64,000 bases of DNA from Chiloscyllium plagiosum (taxonomy: Eukaryota): the NCBI RefSeq assembly GCF_004010195.1, contig NC_057746.1, forward strand, positions 30,564,062-30,628,061, written 5' to 3'. Below are positions 36,201 through 49,259 of this stretch, in pieces. Under the pieces are notes generated by a model. It worked only from the letters and a program-made list of their open reading frames with translations. It had not been told where the DNA came from and searched no databases. The position numbers and the translations under genes were made by a program. Position 1 is the stretch's first letter. Each line of letters opens with the position of its first letter.

Positions 36201-37480
36201 CCCTGACTGTTTGGCTCACTTCTGTTCTCAACTGTACCGGTTTCAGATTGATCTCTTTCCTCACTATCTCCCTGGGTCCTATCCCCCCACCTTACTAGTT
36301 TAAATCCTCCCGAGCAGCTGTCGCAAATCTCCCTGCCATTATATTAATCCCCTTCCAATTCAAGTACAATCCCTCCTTCTTGTGCAGATCACGTCTACCC
36401 CAGAACAGATTCCAATGATCTAATAACGTGAATCCTTCTCTCATAGACCAGCTCCTCAACCATGCATTCATCTGCTCTATCCTCCTATTCCTGCCCTCAC
36501 TAGCTCACAGTGCCAGTAGTAATCCAGATGAGCCTATCATCGAGGACCTCCTTTTTAAGTTCCTGCCTATCATTTCTATTCTCCCTTCAGAATCTCATCC
36601 TTTTCCCTTCCTATGTCATGTGTACAATGACCTCCAGCTTGTCTCTCTCTCTCCCCCTTGAGAACATTCTGCACCCTCTCTGAGACATCCTTGATCCTGG
36701 CACCAGAGAAGCAACACGCCATTCTGATGTTTCGCTGCTGGCCACAGAAATGTCTGCCTGTGCCTTGGACTAAAGAGTCCCCAACACAATTGATCTCTTG
36801 AAACCGAACGAACCCCTCATTGCATTAGAGCCAGTCTCAATACCAGAAACCTGGATCTTCATGCTACATTCCCCTGAGAATCCATCACTTCGTACATTTT
36901 CCAAAGCAGCGTACTTGTTGGAAGTTGTGATAGCCACAAAAGACTCCTGCACTACCTGCCTACTCTCTTACCTTTCCTGGAGTTAACCCATCTGTGTGAC
37001 TGTATCTGCAACTTTTCCCCCTTCCTATAACTGCCATCCATCACATTGCCTTGCCCTTGTAAACTACTCATTGCTTCTAATTGTCTTGCCAACTGATCCA
37101 TTCGATCTGATAGGATTCACAACCAATGGCATTTATTGCAGATGTCATCCTCAGTAACCGTAAACTCTCCCTAAAATCCCAGATCTGACAAGAAGAGCAT
37201 ATTTCTCTATTAAACACCATTTTTGCTTCTTTCAATCTACAGACCCAGAAAATAGCACTGTCTTATTCTGCAAAACACTGCTCCAGGCTAACTTAATACT
37301 TATGGCTTATATTTTTAAGTTTAATCAAGAGACATATCTCAATACAACATATAATCAAGAAAGAACTCACTACTGCAGACTTTCTGTCAGCCACAGTTAA
37401 GAACATTCACTTATCTGTTTCTTATCAGGTTCCTCCAAGAAAAGTTGTGCATTTCACTGTTTGTTAATTTTCCCAGACGC
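33290..37480 (-). mobile_element. Near full-length CR1/HER1-like LINE in butyrophilin intron 4 (antisense), decayed
   Basis: ORF1 Zn-finger (CNKCHWL, about 37120-37140) and esterase remnant. ORF2 pieces 35373-35903 (YYRPP, GDFNFP, SDHN), 34771-35427 and 33736-34173; tail at 33290. Confidence 0.93.
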
Positions 37481-38007
37481 ACTTCGATATCCAGTGAAAC
37501 AGTAAAGGACAGACTCCCCACAATGCACTATTCACCTTGTTGCCTTTCAAGCAAGCATCTTATGGTGTTTCCCAAAGGATGCATATAAAGAACAGTGGAG
37601 CATGAAGCTGGAGATTAGAAATTGTAAAATTCAGATCAAATTTGGAGAGTGTTAAAATGCATATTGGCGAACTTTTGAATTTCCTTTCAATGAGAAATGG
37701 TCAGGGCACCACAACCATACACTGTTACAATGTCTTAGACAAATGGAAACACATTTGTGACACCAGACTGTAGATGAGCTCTGTATCCCATTTTATTTCT
37801 GCATGACACTTAGTTCCTACTTAGTTATGAAGAGAGCAATTGGTATGAAATAAAATTATACCCAGCCTGTTTGCAAAATGTGTAATTACTTCATAGCAGT
37901 TCTGACCATCCTTGATAGTGGTTTTAGAGTAACTTGGAAATTCTGACCTTATGAAAGATGTGATATAAATGCAAATTTGTCCTTCAGTCAAAATGTAATC
38001 AAACTTT

Positions 38008-38265
38008 GAGTGGTTAGCACTGCTGCCTCACAGTGCCTGGGACATGTGTTTGATTCCAGTTTGAGCGACTGCCTGTGTGGAGTTTGTACATTTCGTTGGC
38101 ATCTGCTGCAGTTTCTGCCAGATGCTCAGCTTCCTCCCACAGTCCAAAGATGTGCAGGTTAGATGGACTGGCTGTGGTACAGGGGGTGGGTGGAATGCTT
38201 TACAGAGGGTTGGTGTGGATATAATGGGCTGATCAACCTCTTTCTGCACTGTATGGATTCTGTGG
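38008..38265 (+). mobile_element. Diverged HE1-type SINE
   Basis: gtggttagcactgctgcctcacag...ttcctcccacagtccaaagatgtgcagg. Confidence 0.8.
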
Positions 38266-38335
38266 TAGAAGTTTAAAACATAATCCAGTTGTTTAGAGTT
38301 GCTGTTACTTATCTTTGAAACTAGTTCCATAAACC

Positions 38336-39030
38336 CAGAGGAACCTCGATTATCCCAACGAGATGGGTAGGCACTATTTCGTTTGGATAATTGATTATTC
38401 AGCTAATCGATTAAATGCCTTTCCTCTGGGGCACGGGGTTTTCTGTAAAATCTGCTTCCTGTTCTGGAGATAAGCCATCGTCACAGCACGCGCGAGCCCC
38501 CGCCCGACCTCCAACCCCGTCCAACACTGCTCCCAACCCCGTCCAACACCTACCCCTGCCCAACACCTGCTCAATACTGCCCTCTGCCTGCCCCAACACT
38601 GTCCCCCGATCTGCCCCCGCACCCCTCTCTGGGGCAACCGGACTGGACACCAACAAGACTGCTGCTGCTGCAACTGCCTTTAGGGGGTGAGTCTCCAAAT
38701 ACAAACACAGGCACACACACAAACTCACACACACAACTTTTTACTGCAACGTTTTGACAGGTTCCATCTTTGCTCTGTACAGGATAATGTTGGAGAGATT
38801 ATCTGGGGAAGAGAAGTTTAGGTACATGTGTAGAACTTCAGGGAAAGTGTGGGGAGAGACAGAAAGAGGGTAGGAGGTCAGTCATTTAGAGACAGTGCCT
38901 GCGGTCCCATCAGTCCAAGACTGTTCTCGGCAGCACTTTTAATCACTGTAAACAAAAGACACAATCAGTGTTGGACACATTGTGTTAGATGTAATATTTC
39001 TGTGGTATTCGGATAATCAAGGTTCCTCTG
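38336..39030. mobile_element. Non-autonomous DNA transposon (Tc1/mariner-pogo-type MITE)
   Basis: 20-bp TIRs cagaggaacctcgattatcc / ggataatcaaggttcctctg, TA on the right side, internal C-rich repeat of about 21 bp (38500-38640). Confidence 0.75.
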
Positions 39031-39147
39031 TAAGTCCATACATGTGAAAAATGCCTTGAATGCTGAATTAGTGCTTATTACTGTAAAGGGTGCGACAGTT
39101 CTGTGGAACCTCTCTCAATAATACTTCACTATGTTCTTGACTTTCAG

Positions 39148-39174
39148 AGCTGCAACTGTTTTGCATTTTGGAAG
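39148..39174 (+). CDS. Butyrophilin-like cytoplasmic micro-exon 1 (27 nt)
   Basis: ttcttgactttcag acceptor / GAAG|gtaaga donor; phase 1-1; (E)LQLFCILE(G). Confidence 0.75.
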
Positions 39175-40676
39175 GTAAGAGATATTTCTGAATCATTGCA
39201 GAAATTCCATGATTTATGAAGATTAAAATCAGAAAGCTATGTTTTTGTTACTTGGAATTTTACCTCCATAATATTGAACATTTTTATGAATATGGACAGC
39301 AATAGAATTCACAGGAGAAGCACTCCATTCTCATGGTGTGCATCTTAGAAAGCTGAGAGATGTTGGAAAATAACATTGGCTCTGATTACAGACTTCTGAA
39401 CAACAATGGACAAGAAAGTTTTGCTGGAGAACGACGGGATTGAAATGCTCAATTCAAAATGATCAAAACAATTAATTGGGCTGAGGGTATTGTGTCAGTT
39501 TCTTGATTTTGTAATATTGAATAAAAATTAACACTAAGGTTTTGGAATAATCAAAGCAAGTTAACATGAATTTCTGCAAGGTGTATGTTCTCTGGCAAAG
39601 ATAAGACTTCCTTGAGGAAATTATGGCACATGCACACAGCTGCACTGGAGACTTGTGCCTCAACTTAACCACCATGGCATTAAAAGTGTCATACATCAAT
39701 AGAAAGTGGTTAATTGGAATAGAAACAGAATGAATGTTCCAGAGTGACTGGATCAGGGAATATTTCTCATGCACGTATAAATCAGTTAGCACCTTGCCTT
39801 CTTTAAAATGTGCTGCCTAACGGAGACACTATGTTGGTCAGCCTTAATGATTTGGGAGTAAAAAATCTATTTCTTACAACCAGCAGGGATATGTGCAATC
39901 CTCAGGAATAAAAAACATGGATAATGGACTTGAAGGCAAGTCCGGCTATTTTGGTCAGGCATGGATTGGAGACCCCAGCAAGATTCATGAGGATGTTCAT
40001 AGTGGGCATCGCATGGGTGATGGATGTTGGTGGCACCAAGTGGAAGTACCATTTTGGGAGTGTGGAGGGGAGGGAAGGAGATGTTGTTTAATATACACAA
40101 GGCACAAACTCTCCTTTCTAGCCATGAGCCATGTTTTTGTCTTAAAGGCCTCAACAATAGCTGGGATATTTGCCTGATGTTTTAGTGCCCCTTTTAATAT
40201 GGAGGACAGGTCAAGGAGGTTCAAGTTCAAGAAGTTTGACATGTTTGAAGGCAGGGAGATTATCAAAGTTACTCAATGTTAAAGGTTATTTCTGGGTAAG
40301 ATCCACATAAAGAGTGCTGATACAAAGGTTCAATGTTAGAACTATTGGACAATTATCAAAACTTCCAGATGATGTAATAATTGGTAATATGGTTCATGGT
40401 GAAGAGGGTTTTAAGTGACTTTAACAGGACACAAATGCCAGGCAATGACCATCTCCAACAACAAAAGTCTAGCTATCACCCCTTGACATTTAGTGGCATT
40501 ACTGTCACTGAATTCTCCCCACTAACAACATCTTGGGGTTACTGTTGACCAGAAAGTGAACATGATTAACCATATAAATACTGTGACTGAAAAAGGCAGG
40601 TCAGAGGGTCTTAATTCTACAGAGAGTGATTTTATGAGATTGCCACTCCTTGGAAAATCTGGCCTACGATTTCCAG

Positions 40677-40802
40677 AAGAAAGTGAGCCCTGCCGATGCT
40701 GGAGATCCAAGTTGAGAGTGTGGTGCTGGAAAAGCGCAGCAGATCAGGCAACATTCGAGGAGCAGGAGAATCAATGTTTCGGGCATAAGCCCTTCATCAG
40801 AA
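40677..40802 (-). mobile_element. Solo Penelope pLTR end with hammerhead core
   Basis: Minus strand CTGATGA-A-GGGC-ttat-GCCC-GAAA-ca-TT at 40773-40800; flanked by atttccag direct repeats. Confidence 0.7.
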
Positions 40803-41130
40803 TTTCCAGGAAAGGTTTCCGTTTCCTGAGTTTAAGAGACCTACTGTGACATAATGCAAATTTCAATGCTCAATATGTTGTCAGCTGTAATATTGCAATT
40901 TATCACTCCCTGTTCTTGCAGTTGGGGTCATTATCTATGCTGGACTCCATGAATACAAGAAAATTGGACAGCGAAGAGTGTTTGCCCATAAGCAGACCTG
41001 CCCTGAAATAAGTGAACAGTATAGCATCACTGACTAGCATTTAAATCCCATCATGGTCTCTATATATGTTTCTTCTCCAACCTGACTGAGATTTCAGTGC
41101 AGACTATGAATGGAGAGCACCCTTTTTTTT

Positions 41131-41455
41131 TAGATTAGATTACTTAGATTACTTATAGTGTGGAAACAGGCCCTTCGGCCCAACAAGTCCACACCGACCT
41201 GCCGAAGGGTAACCCACCCATACCCCTACCCCTACAGTTACCCCTTTACCTAACACTACGGGCAATTTAGCATGGCCAATTCACCTAACTTGCACATCTT
41301 TGGACTGTGGGAGGAAACCGGAGCACCCGGAGGAAACCCACACAGACACGGGGAGAACGTGCAAACTCCACACAATCAGTCGCCTGAGGCGGGAATTGAC
41401 CCGGGTCTCTGGCACTGCGAGGCAGCAGTGCTAACCACTGTGCCACCGTGCCGCC
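41131..41455 (-). mobile_element. Full-length HE1-type V-SINE
   Basis: Complete head (ggcggcacggtggcacagtggttagc on -), V-domain and (AATCT) tail. Confidence 0.92.
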
Positions 41456-41552
41456 TTGATTCCTAATTTGTAACTGTACAATTGAGTGATTTGATTGTAC
41501 AATAGATGAGAAATGTGGTGCACTGAAATTACATTTTGTTTTATATTTGCAG

Positions 41553-41579
41553 GTTATAAAAACATGGAAATCAATTATC
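41553..41579 (+). CDS. Butyrophilin-like cytoplasmic micro-exon 2 (27 nt)
   Basis: ttttatatttgcag acceptor / C|gtaagt donor; phase 1-1; (G)YKNMEINY(P). Confidence 0.78.
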
Positions 41580-41912
41580 GTAAGTATAAACCCACACTGC
41601 AAAACTACAGCATCTTGCACTTATAAAGCACCTTTTACAGTTGAAAATGTCCAGTTATTTCATAAGACTGTTATCATAGAAGAATTGATGTAGAACTACA
41701 TGAAAAGGTATTAGGTTAGATGACCAAAAGCTTAGTCAAAGATGTCGGTTAGATCATCATTATTGTTTGTTAGGGAAACATTTCCAGGTGGAGCGATTTC
41801 AGAATTCCAAAAATAGGGACTGAGGCATCTGAAGTCAAAGCCACCAGAGGTGAGAATTAAAAGAATGTAGAGACATTGGAGAGTTATACAGGACTGGAGT
41901 AATTTAGAGGCA

Positions 41913-42147
41913 AGAGCTGAAAAATGTGTTGCTGGAAAAGCGCAGCAGGTCAAGCAGCATCCAAGGAGCAGGAGAATCGACGTTTCGGGCATAAGCCCTT
42001 CTTCAGGAATAACTTCAGGAATGAAGAAGGGCTTATGCCCAAAACATCAATTCTCCTGCTCCTTGGATTCTACCTGACCTGCTGCGCTTTTCCAGCAACA
42101 CATTTTTCAGCTCTGATCTCCAGCATCTGCAGTCCTCACTTCCTCCT
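41913..42147. mobile_element. Palindromic Penelope pLTR mini-element
   Basis: Inverted arms; 15-bp TSD agtaatttagaggca at 41898-41912 and 42148-42162. Confidence 0.8.
41976..42009 (-). ncRNA. Minimal type I hammerhead ribozyme motif (consensus-like copy)
   Basis: Minus strand uuc-CUGAAGA-A-GGGC-uuau-GCCC-GAAA-CG-UC-gau, with palindromic ACGU. Confidence 0.7.
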
Positions 42148-42189
42148 AGTAATTTAGAGGCAGAAAAGCCACGAACGATCACAAAAAAT

Positions 42190-43135
42190 TGTTATGGCGT
42201 AGAATGTGGCCCATCATGTCTGTATGATCCCTTCAGTAACTATTATGTCTTAATGCCATTCTCTTGCCTTTATTCAGTGCTTTTTAATGTAGTTTCTATT
42301 CAAAAGTTCCCCTACTGACCTCTTGATTGCTGTATCTGACTCTCTATTACACTTGCACACACTACATTCCGTAGGCAAACCATACGTTACGTGAAAAATA
42401 TTTTCTCACATCACATTTGCTATTTTTGCAAATCACTTTACGTCACTGCTGTCTCACCTTGATCCTTTTACAAATGGAAAACATTTATCTATCCATACCT
42501 CTTAACTTTGAAAACATCTATCAAATCTCCTCTTAGCTTTCTTCTTCCAAAGGAGAACAACCCCAATCTCTCAAATCTGTCCTCAATGGAAGTTTCTCAT
42601 TCCTGGAACCATTTTCATAAGTCCTTTTTACACACTCTCCAATGTGTGCACATACCTTTATAGTACTCAGAATTGTACACAATATTGTACCTAAAGTCTA
42701 ACAAATACCTTTCATTCTTTCAGCGCAATCTCCTTGTCCTTATTCATTTGCCATCTCTCTGCTCAATCCATCAACTTGTCTATGTCCTTTTGAAATTTTA
42801 TAATGTGCTCCTCACAGTTTACAATGCTTACAAAGTTCATATAACTCTTCAAATTTGAAGCTGTCCCCTACAGACCAAAACCCAGATGATTAATATATAT
42901 CAGGAAAAGCAAGGATCCCAGTGCCAATCCCCGATAACTCTGCGGCATACCTTCCTCTGACCTGAAAAATATCCAATGACTGTCACTGTCTGATTCCTAT
43001 TATTCAGCTAATTTTGTATTCATGTTCCTTCTGTCCCTTTATTATTCCATGAGCTATAATTCTTCTCACCACTCCATTGTGTGATACTTTGCCAAATGCC
43101 TTTTGAAAGTCTATGTACAACATTATCCTCATCAA
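42190..43135 (-). mobile_element. Old CR1 3' region
   Basis: Diverged CR1 motifs (aaatgccttttgaaagtc, tcaaatctcctcttagc). Confidence 0.65.
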
Positions 43136-43680
43136 CCTTTTCTGTTCCATTTTAAGCATTTCAAACTGTATTCGATTGTTATCATAAAGTATTATGGGGA
43201 GAAAGCAAGATTATGTCACTAAGTGAAATATTAATTCAAATAGTCAGTGCAGGCATGATGGCCTCCTTCTGCAGTCCATCAACTTTGTGATTTTGTAATT
43301 AATTTGAATAACCCTCCTTTTGCTCCCTCATCCCTGCCCACCCCAGTCACTCTCTCTGAGAGGTTGTGATCTTCCCTGTGGAATAATCAATACTTTGCTG
43401 CTGTTAAAGATTCATTTCTTCATTTTGGGACAATCTCTTTCTTTCTCCAACTGGAAATCCGCTGGGAACACCAGAATTGATGAAAGCATTGAAAATACCA
43501 TATTCACGGGACTGGGATGGAAGAATTCCAGTCAGAGGAAGTACAATATATGGAAACTTATCAAAAAGGGAATCCTCAAACTTTATTGGGATTTAATGGA
43601 TTTATTTAATGTCTAAATCCTGAAGAAATCTGTCTCTAGCTTTGAGTGAATCTCTCTAATTTTGCTGTTTCCTCTCATAG

Positions 43681-44219
43681 CCTCTGTAACATTGGTTAAG
43701 AAAACCGACTATCAAGAAGTTGAAGTGTCTGAGGATCTGAAGAGTGTAAGATGGACTGGGAAAAGTCAACCTAATGCTGAGAAGGGGCTTAAAGACCGGT
43801 CCTATGTGCTGGGAACAGAAGGATTCACATCAGGGAGACATTACTGGGAAGTGGAGGTGATTGGGAAAGGCGAGTGGAATCTGGGCATCGTTTCAGACTC
43901 TGTGAATTGGGAGGAAGAGATTGAACTGAAACCTGAGAATGGATTCTGGACCATTGGATGGCTGGGAAATAATCTGGTCGTGAATACCTCTGACAGTCCT
44001 CGTCAATCTATTGGTGATGTACCAAAGAAGATTGGTGTTTATCTCAGTTATGAGTCTCAGTCAGTTTCATTTTTCAATGCAGACACAAAATCTCATCTCT
44101 ACACATTTCATGGAATCAAATTCCCACAAAAACTTTATCCAATATTGCAAACTTCAGAAAATACAAGTCTGAAAATCTGTCCCAATTCAATGAAAGGTTC
44201 AATAGTATTGAAATATTGA
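43681..44219 (+). CDS. Butyrophilin-like terminal exon, B30.2 (PRY-SPRY) domain
   Basis: ctctcatag acceptor. VLGTEGFTSGRHYWEVEV, WNLGI, PENGFWTI, KIGVYLSYES, VSFFNA, LYP; stop TGA. Spliced CDS 1407 nt = 468 aa + stop. Confidence 0.95.
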
Positions 44220-45171
44220 AGCCCATGCTTTAACTTGCAAATTGGACATGGCAGGAATATAAAAGTGATGGTATTGCTTTGGACATTTATTCTATGTGAC
44301 CCTATATTAACTTCCATTAACTTGAGTAAAGTTGAATATCAGGCATCTGATAATGGATAATATGTTTCACTAATTTGGTTCCTTGTTATGTTTAATTTTA
44401 TCCCATTCAATCAACAGGACTCATGAACTGATAATGTGTTTATTACATAATAGATAATTATATAAAGCAGTGAACCTAGAAATAAGAAGGCCATTCAGCC
44501 TGCAAGAATATTACTATCCATTCAGGTCAAGATTGCTCTGCTATTTGAATTTCCAAATATTTGTCTTTGCACGAAATCCCTTAAAACATTGGAAAACAAA
44601 AATCCATTCATATAAAATTTGAATAGTGCTGAAAAAAAAACATATTTAGACAAAATATTCTGATTTGCACTCACCAGGGGAATTTGCAAGAATATCAGTT
44701 CAAAGGGAAAACCAACATTATGTTGCATGAGAAGAGAATGCTGATTTGTCTATAATTGATTTAGCACCAGCTGCCATTGGTGAGAACCTTCCAAACTTCT
44801 GTCCTTTGCATGTTTCCTAATTTCACTCCTAAGTGATCTGGCTCTGTTTTTAGACCTTGCCACTTTGTCCTAGCCTCTTCCAGATTTATTTTTCACTTAT
44901 TACATTCCTTGAACAAAACCCCACTTTATCCAACATATTTCCAGGGAATGCAGCCCTCATTTGTATTTTTCTTGCTTCTATGTTAAGCCTTGAAATTCAG
45001 CAAAATCCACCTTAACACTTAGAAGCAGTCAGAGCACTGCAAGTCTGTTCTAACCTGAACTTTATATAGCTGAAGTATGACATTACTTTCTCATGTTATA
45101 GTCCTCTAGATTTAAAGACTGGCATTCCATTGGTTTTCATGATTATTTTGTATACTTGTCAAAGGTCCTAG

Positions 45172-45915
45172 GTCCTAAGGAGTGTTGCTGAACAAAGAGA
45201 CCTTGGAGTGCAGGTTCATAGCTCCTTGAAAGTAGAGTTGCAGGTAGATAGGATAGTGAAGAAGGCGTTTGGTATGCTTTCCTTTATTAGTCAGAGTATT
45301 GAGTACAGGAGTTGGGAGGTCATGTTGCGGCTGTACAGGACATTGGTTCAGCCACTTTTGGAATATTGCATGCAGTTCTGGTCTTCTTCCTATCGGAAAG
45401 ATGTTGTGAAACTTGAAAGGGTTCAGAAAAGATTTACAAGGATATTGCCACGTTTGGAGGATCTGAGTTGTAGGGAGAGGTTGAATAGGCTAGAGCTGTT
45501 TTTCCGTGGAGCGACAAGGCTGAGGGGTGACCTTATAGAGATTTATGTAATCATGTGGGGCATGGATAGGGTAAATAGACAAAGTCTTGTCCCTGGAATG
45601 AGGGAGTCCAGATTTAGAGGGCATAGGTTTAGGGTAAGAGGGGAAAGATATAAAAGAGACCTAAGGGGCAACTTTTCCACGCAGAGGATGGTGCGTGTAT
45701 GGAATAAGCTGCCAGAGGAAGTGGTGGAGGCTGGTACAATTACAACATTTAAAAGGCATTTGGATGGGTATATAAATAGGAAGGGTTTGGAGGGATATGG
45801 GCTGGGTGCTGGCAGGTGGGACTAGATTAGGTTGGGATATCTGGTTGGCCAGGATGAGTTGGACTAAAGGGTTTCTTTCCATGTTGCACATCTCTTTGAC
45901 TCTATGAATCTATGA
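45172..45915 (+). mobile_element. CR1/HER1-like 3' fragment
   Basis: ORF 45208-45825 ending GAGRWD; tail gactctatga. Confidence 0.92.
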
Positions 45916-47584
45916 TATTCTGTGTTTCTGAACCCATAAGTCTGTATAAACCTTCATGTTTTTACCTTTTCACCAAATGACAAGAATTTAGCTTGAATTT
46001 ATTGAACTACAAACTGAAGATGACTCAAATGTAGCTAATTTAAAAACTAGATGCCATTCCTGGAGCTGGCTTCAAACTTTATTACTGCCGGTGCTGGTGT
46101 TTATGCTTCACATGAGGCCCCCTCTCACCCCTTCTCATCCAAGCCCATCAATATCTCTTTTCATTTCTCCATTTCTTTCAGACATGTATGGTTAACCTGG
46201 TTCACCTCAACTACTTCTTATTCTGGTCAGCTTAAAATTATAGTAATGGATGTTCTATTGTTGAAGCAAATTCAAGACTGAAATGATAACTTTTTTTATC
46301 TCTCAGAAATGAGCAATACGGGGAGAGGGCAGTAGCAGGGGTTGGTTGAGGTAGAAGATCAGCCATGATTGTATTAAGTGACAGGCTCAAAGGGCCAAGG
46401 TCTACTCCTACTTCTACTTCAGTTTTTGCGTTCTTATAAAAGACCAACTAATGGTGCTCATGGTCAGCTTACTGGCCACAGGGAATGCTGCTTTCCCCTC
46501 AGGGTGATCTCCAAGTCCAAACAATGCACCTTAGAAGCTGAAGTGAAATCTCCTTTGCAGATTTCAACATATTGAGAAATATTGTGAACTAATGAAACAA
46601 AACCCTTGCTGTATAGTGAAAAAGTTATTTCTCCTCTTTTTGCCTTACTCTCTCCATTTCATACATCATTTCATAAGTATTAGAACTCATTGGCAATTTG
46701 ATGATTACAATAAACAGAAAATTCTAGTTGTACGTGCCAACATAGTCAGTATCTGTGAAGAGAAAATGCAAGGGATCAATGTTTTTAATATTTACATTCT
46801 CATAAGAATTTTTAATGGGACAATGTACCAGCAGTGTTTTTTAAAAGCTATTTGAGATTCTTTGCATCTGTATATTTTGTTTACATACTAGGTAATTAAT
46901 TACATTTTCTGATCAAACTATTAGTTTAAACGTTACTTTTTTTAAAATTTGCTTTGTTGTCTTTTAACAAATTGAATGAGATCAGTGAAGGGCTTGTCTT
47001 AATCCTCCGAAATTTAATAAATTTGTTTAAGGAATCATCTCTCCTTCCTTCATTACTATCTGCTTTAGTTAGTAATACAACCAATTCACACCCCCCGTCT
47101 GGAGGTGCTATTTCTTCTGCTGTTTTTTTAATTCTCACTTTACATCCTGTGATGTATTCTGTGGCAATTACGTTTTTATTAATGATATTTGGGGTGTATC
47201 GTGTGTCTGGTTTTTGAGTGAGGAATTGGTAGGTATTTCTGTGTGTCTAACGTTAATACATTAACTTACAGGTATCTCTGGCTACAGAGAGTGTGAATTT
47301 GTGCATTAAAGGGCTTCTGTTTATTTTAGTTAGTTTGTGACCCAACATAGTACGTGCTGGGGCCTTGAACATTGGTTGGGATTCTTAATTTTGCTTTAGT
47401 TATAAGGCAAATATATATAACTGACAGACTTTTAGCTGTGTTAGTCCTGTGGAGATCACAGAGCAGTGCTTCTGAGAAGAAGAGGAGAAAGAAGAAGATT
47501 CTTTAGAGCGAAGAACTAGTTGGTTTCAGATCAGCTCAAGTCTTGCATGTGTGTTTTTAAGCAAAATGCAGTAAAGGCACTAAA

Positions 47585-48620
47585 TGTTGTCGATGGAAAG
47601 TATTCTGCCTGGAGATCAGTGTTGAGTGGGGTCCCGCAGGGCTCTGTTCTTGGGTCTCTGCTCTTTGTAGTTTTTACAAATGACTTGGATGAGGAGGTTG
47701 AGTGATGGGTTAGTAAATTTGCAGATGACACAAAGGCTGGAGGTGACGTTGATAGTATTGAGGATTATTGCAGGCTGCAGCATGACATAGACAGGATGCA
47801 GAGCTGGGCTGAGAAATGGCAGATGGAGTTCAACCTGGATAAATGTGAAGTGATGCATTTTGGAAGGCCAGACTCGAATGCTGAATATAGGATTAAAGAC
47901 AGAATTCTTGGCAGTGTGGAGGAACAGAGGGATCTTGGTATTCAAGTACATAGATCCCTCAAAGTTGCCACCCAAGTAGGCAGAGGTATTAAGAAAGCAT
48001 ATGGTGTTTTGGCTTTCATTAACAGGGGAATCAAGTTTAAGAGCTGCGAGGTTTTGCTACAACTCTACAAGTCCCTGGTGAGACCACACTTGGAATATTG
48101 CATCCAGTTCTGGTCACCCTACTATAGGAAAGATACAGAGTCTTTGGAGAGGGTGCAAAGAAGATTTTCCAGGATGCTGCCTGGACTGGAGGGCTTGCCT
48201 TATGAAAAGAGGTTGACTAAGCTTGGACCTTTTTTGTCTGGAGAGAAGGAGGAAGAGAGGTGACATGATTGAGGTATACAAGATAATGAGAGGAATAGAT
48301 AGAATCAATAGCCAGAGACTTTTTCCCCAGTGCAGAATTGACTGGCACGAGGGATCATAGTTTTAAGATATGAGGAGAAAAATATAGAGGGGACATCTTT
48401 TTTACGCAGAGAGTTGTGAATGCATGGAATGTGTTGCCAGCAGTGATGGTGGAAGCAGACTCATTAGGGACATTTAAGCGACTGCTGGACATGCACATGG
48501 ATAGCAGTGAATTGAGGGGTGTGTAGGTTAAGTTATTTTATTTTACATTAGGATTAATCCTAGGCACAACATCCTGGGCCAAAGGGCCTGTTCTGTGCTG
48601 TACTTTTCTATGTTCTAGTT
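47585..48620 (+). mobile_element. CR1/HER1-like 3' fragment
   Basis: [15 protein letters not shown] and WAEKWQMEFN motifs; same subfamily as 7322 and 24225. Confidence 0.92.
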
Positions 48621-49259
48621 TCTAAGGTGCTCAGTAAGGGATGCCAGTGTGAATATTGTACGAATGATGTTTTTGTTACTGTACTGGGTATGGAGAACTG
48701 TGTGTTTTGGATATTGTACAAAAGCTGTTTTGTTTCCTTTTTCAATTTACAGAGGGTGCTTGAGGATTAATGGGATTTACAAAAAACCAATATAAAAGGG
48801 AATATCATTTTTATTGGACAAGAAGAGAAAGCTAATTTTTTTGCAAGTGGATTCTGATTGGTAAAGAAGTTGAATGAGTTGAAAAATGTGTTGCTGGAAA
48901 AGCACAGCAGGTCAAAGGAGCAGGAGAATCGATGTTTCTGGCATAAGAAGTTGAATGCAAAAGGCACCAGTTAGATTCTACTTATTGCTATCTGCCAAGT
49001 TTTATTTAATTCTAAATCAGGCAAATTGGCTTGAATTGGCCAAGGTGCTACCATGAGAAATGAACTGGATGCCTGTTGCCTATTTTTGATAATTTGAAAC
49101 AAGCATGTGTTATTTCTGTCTGCAAAATACAGAGCAATCTGTATTAATAGCTTTGAATACACGTAAGTGTGTCTGACTGACAAGTTTACTTTGATACCGA
49201 CAACCAATATAAAATTACAACCTAAGTGTACAAAAATTGTACACTAGCTAACTCCCAAC

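Noticed and set aside
38395-38734. Pro/Gly-rich ORFs
   Set aside because: They arise from the internal tandem repeat of the MITE.
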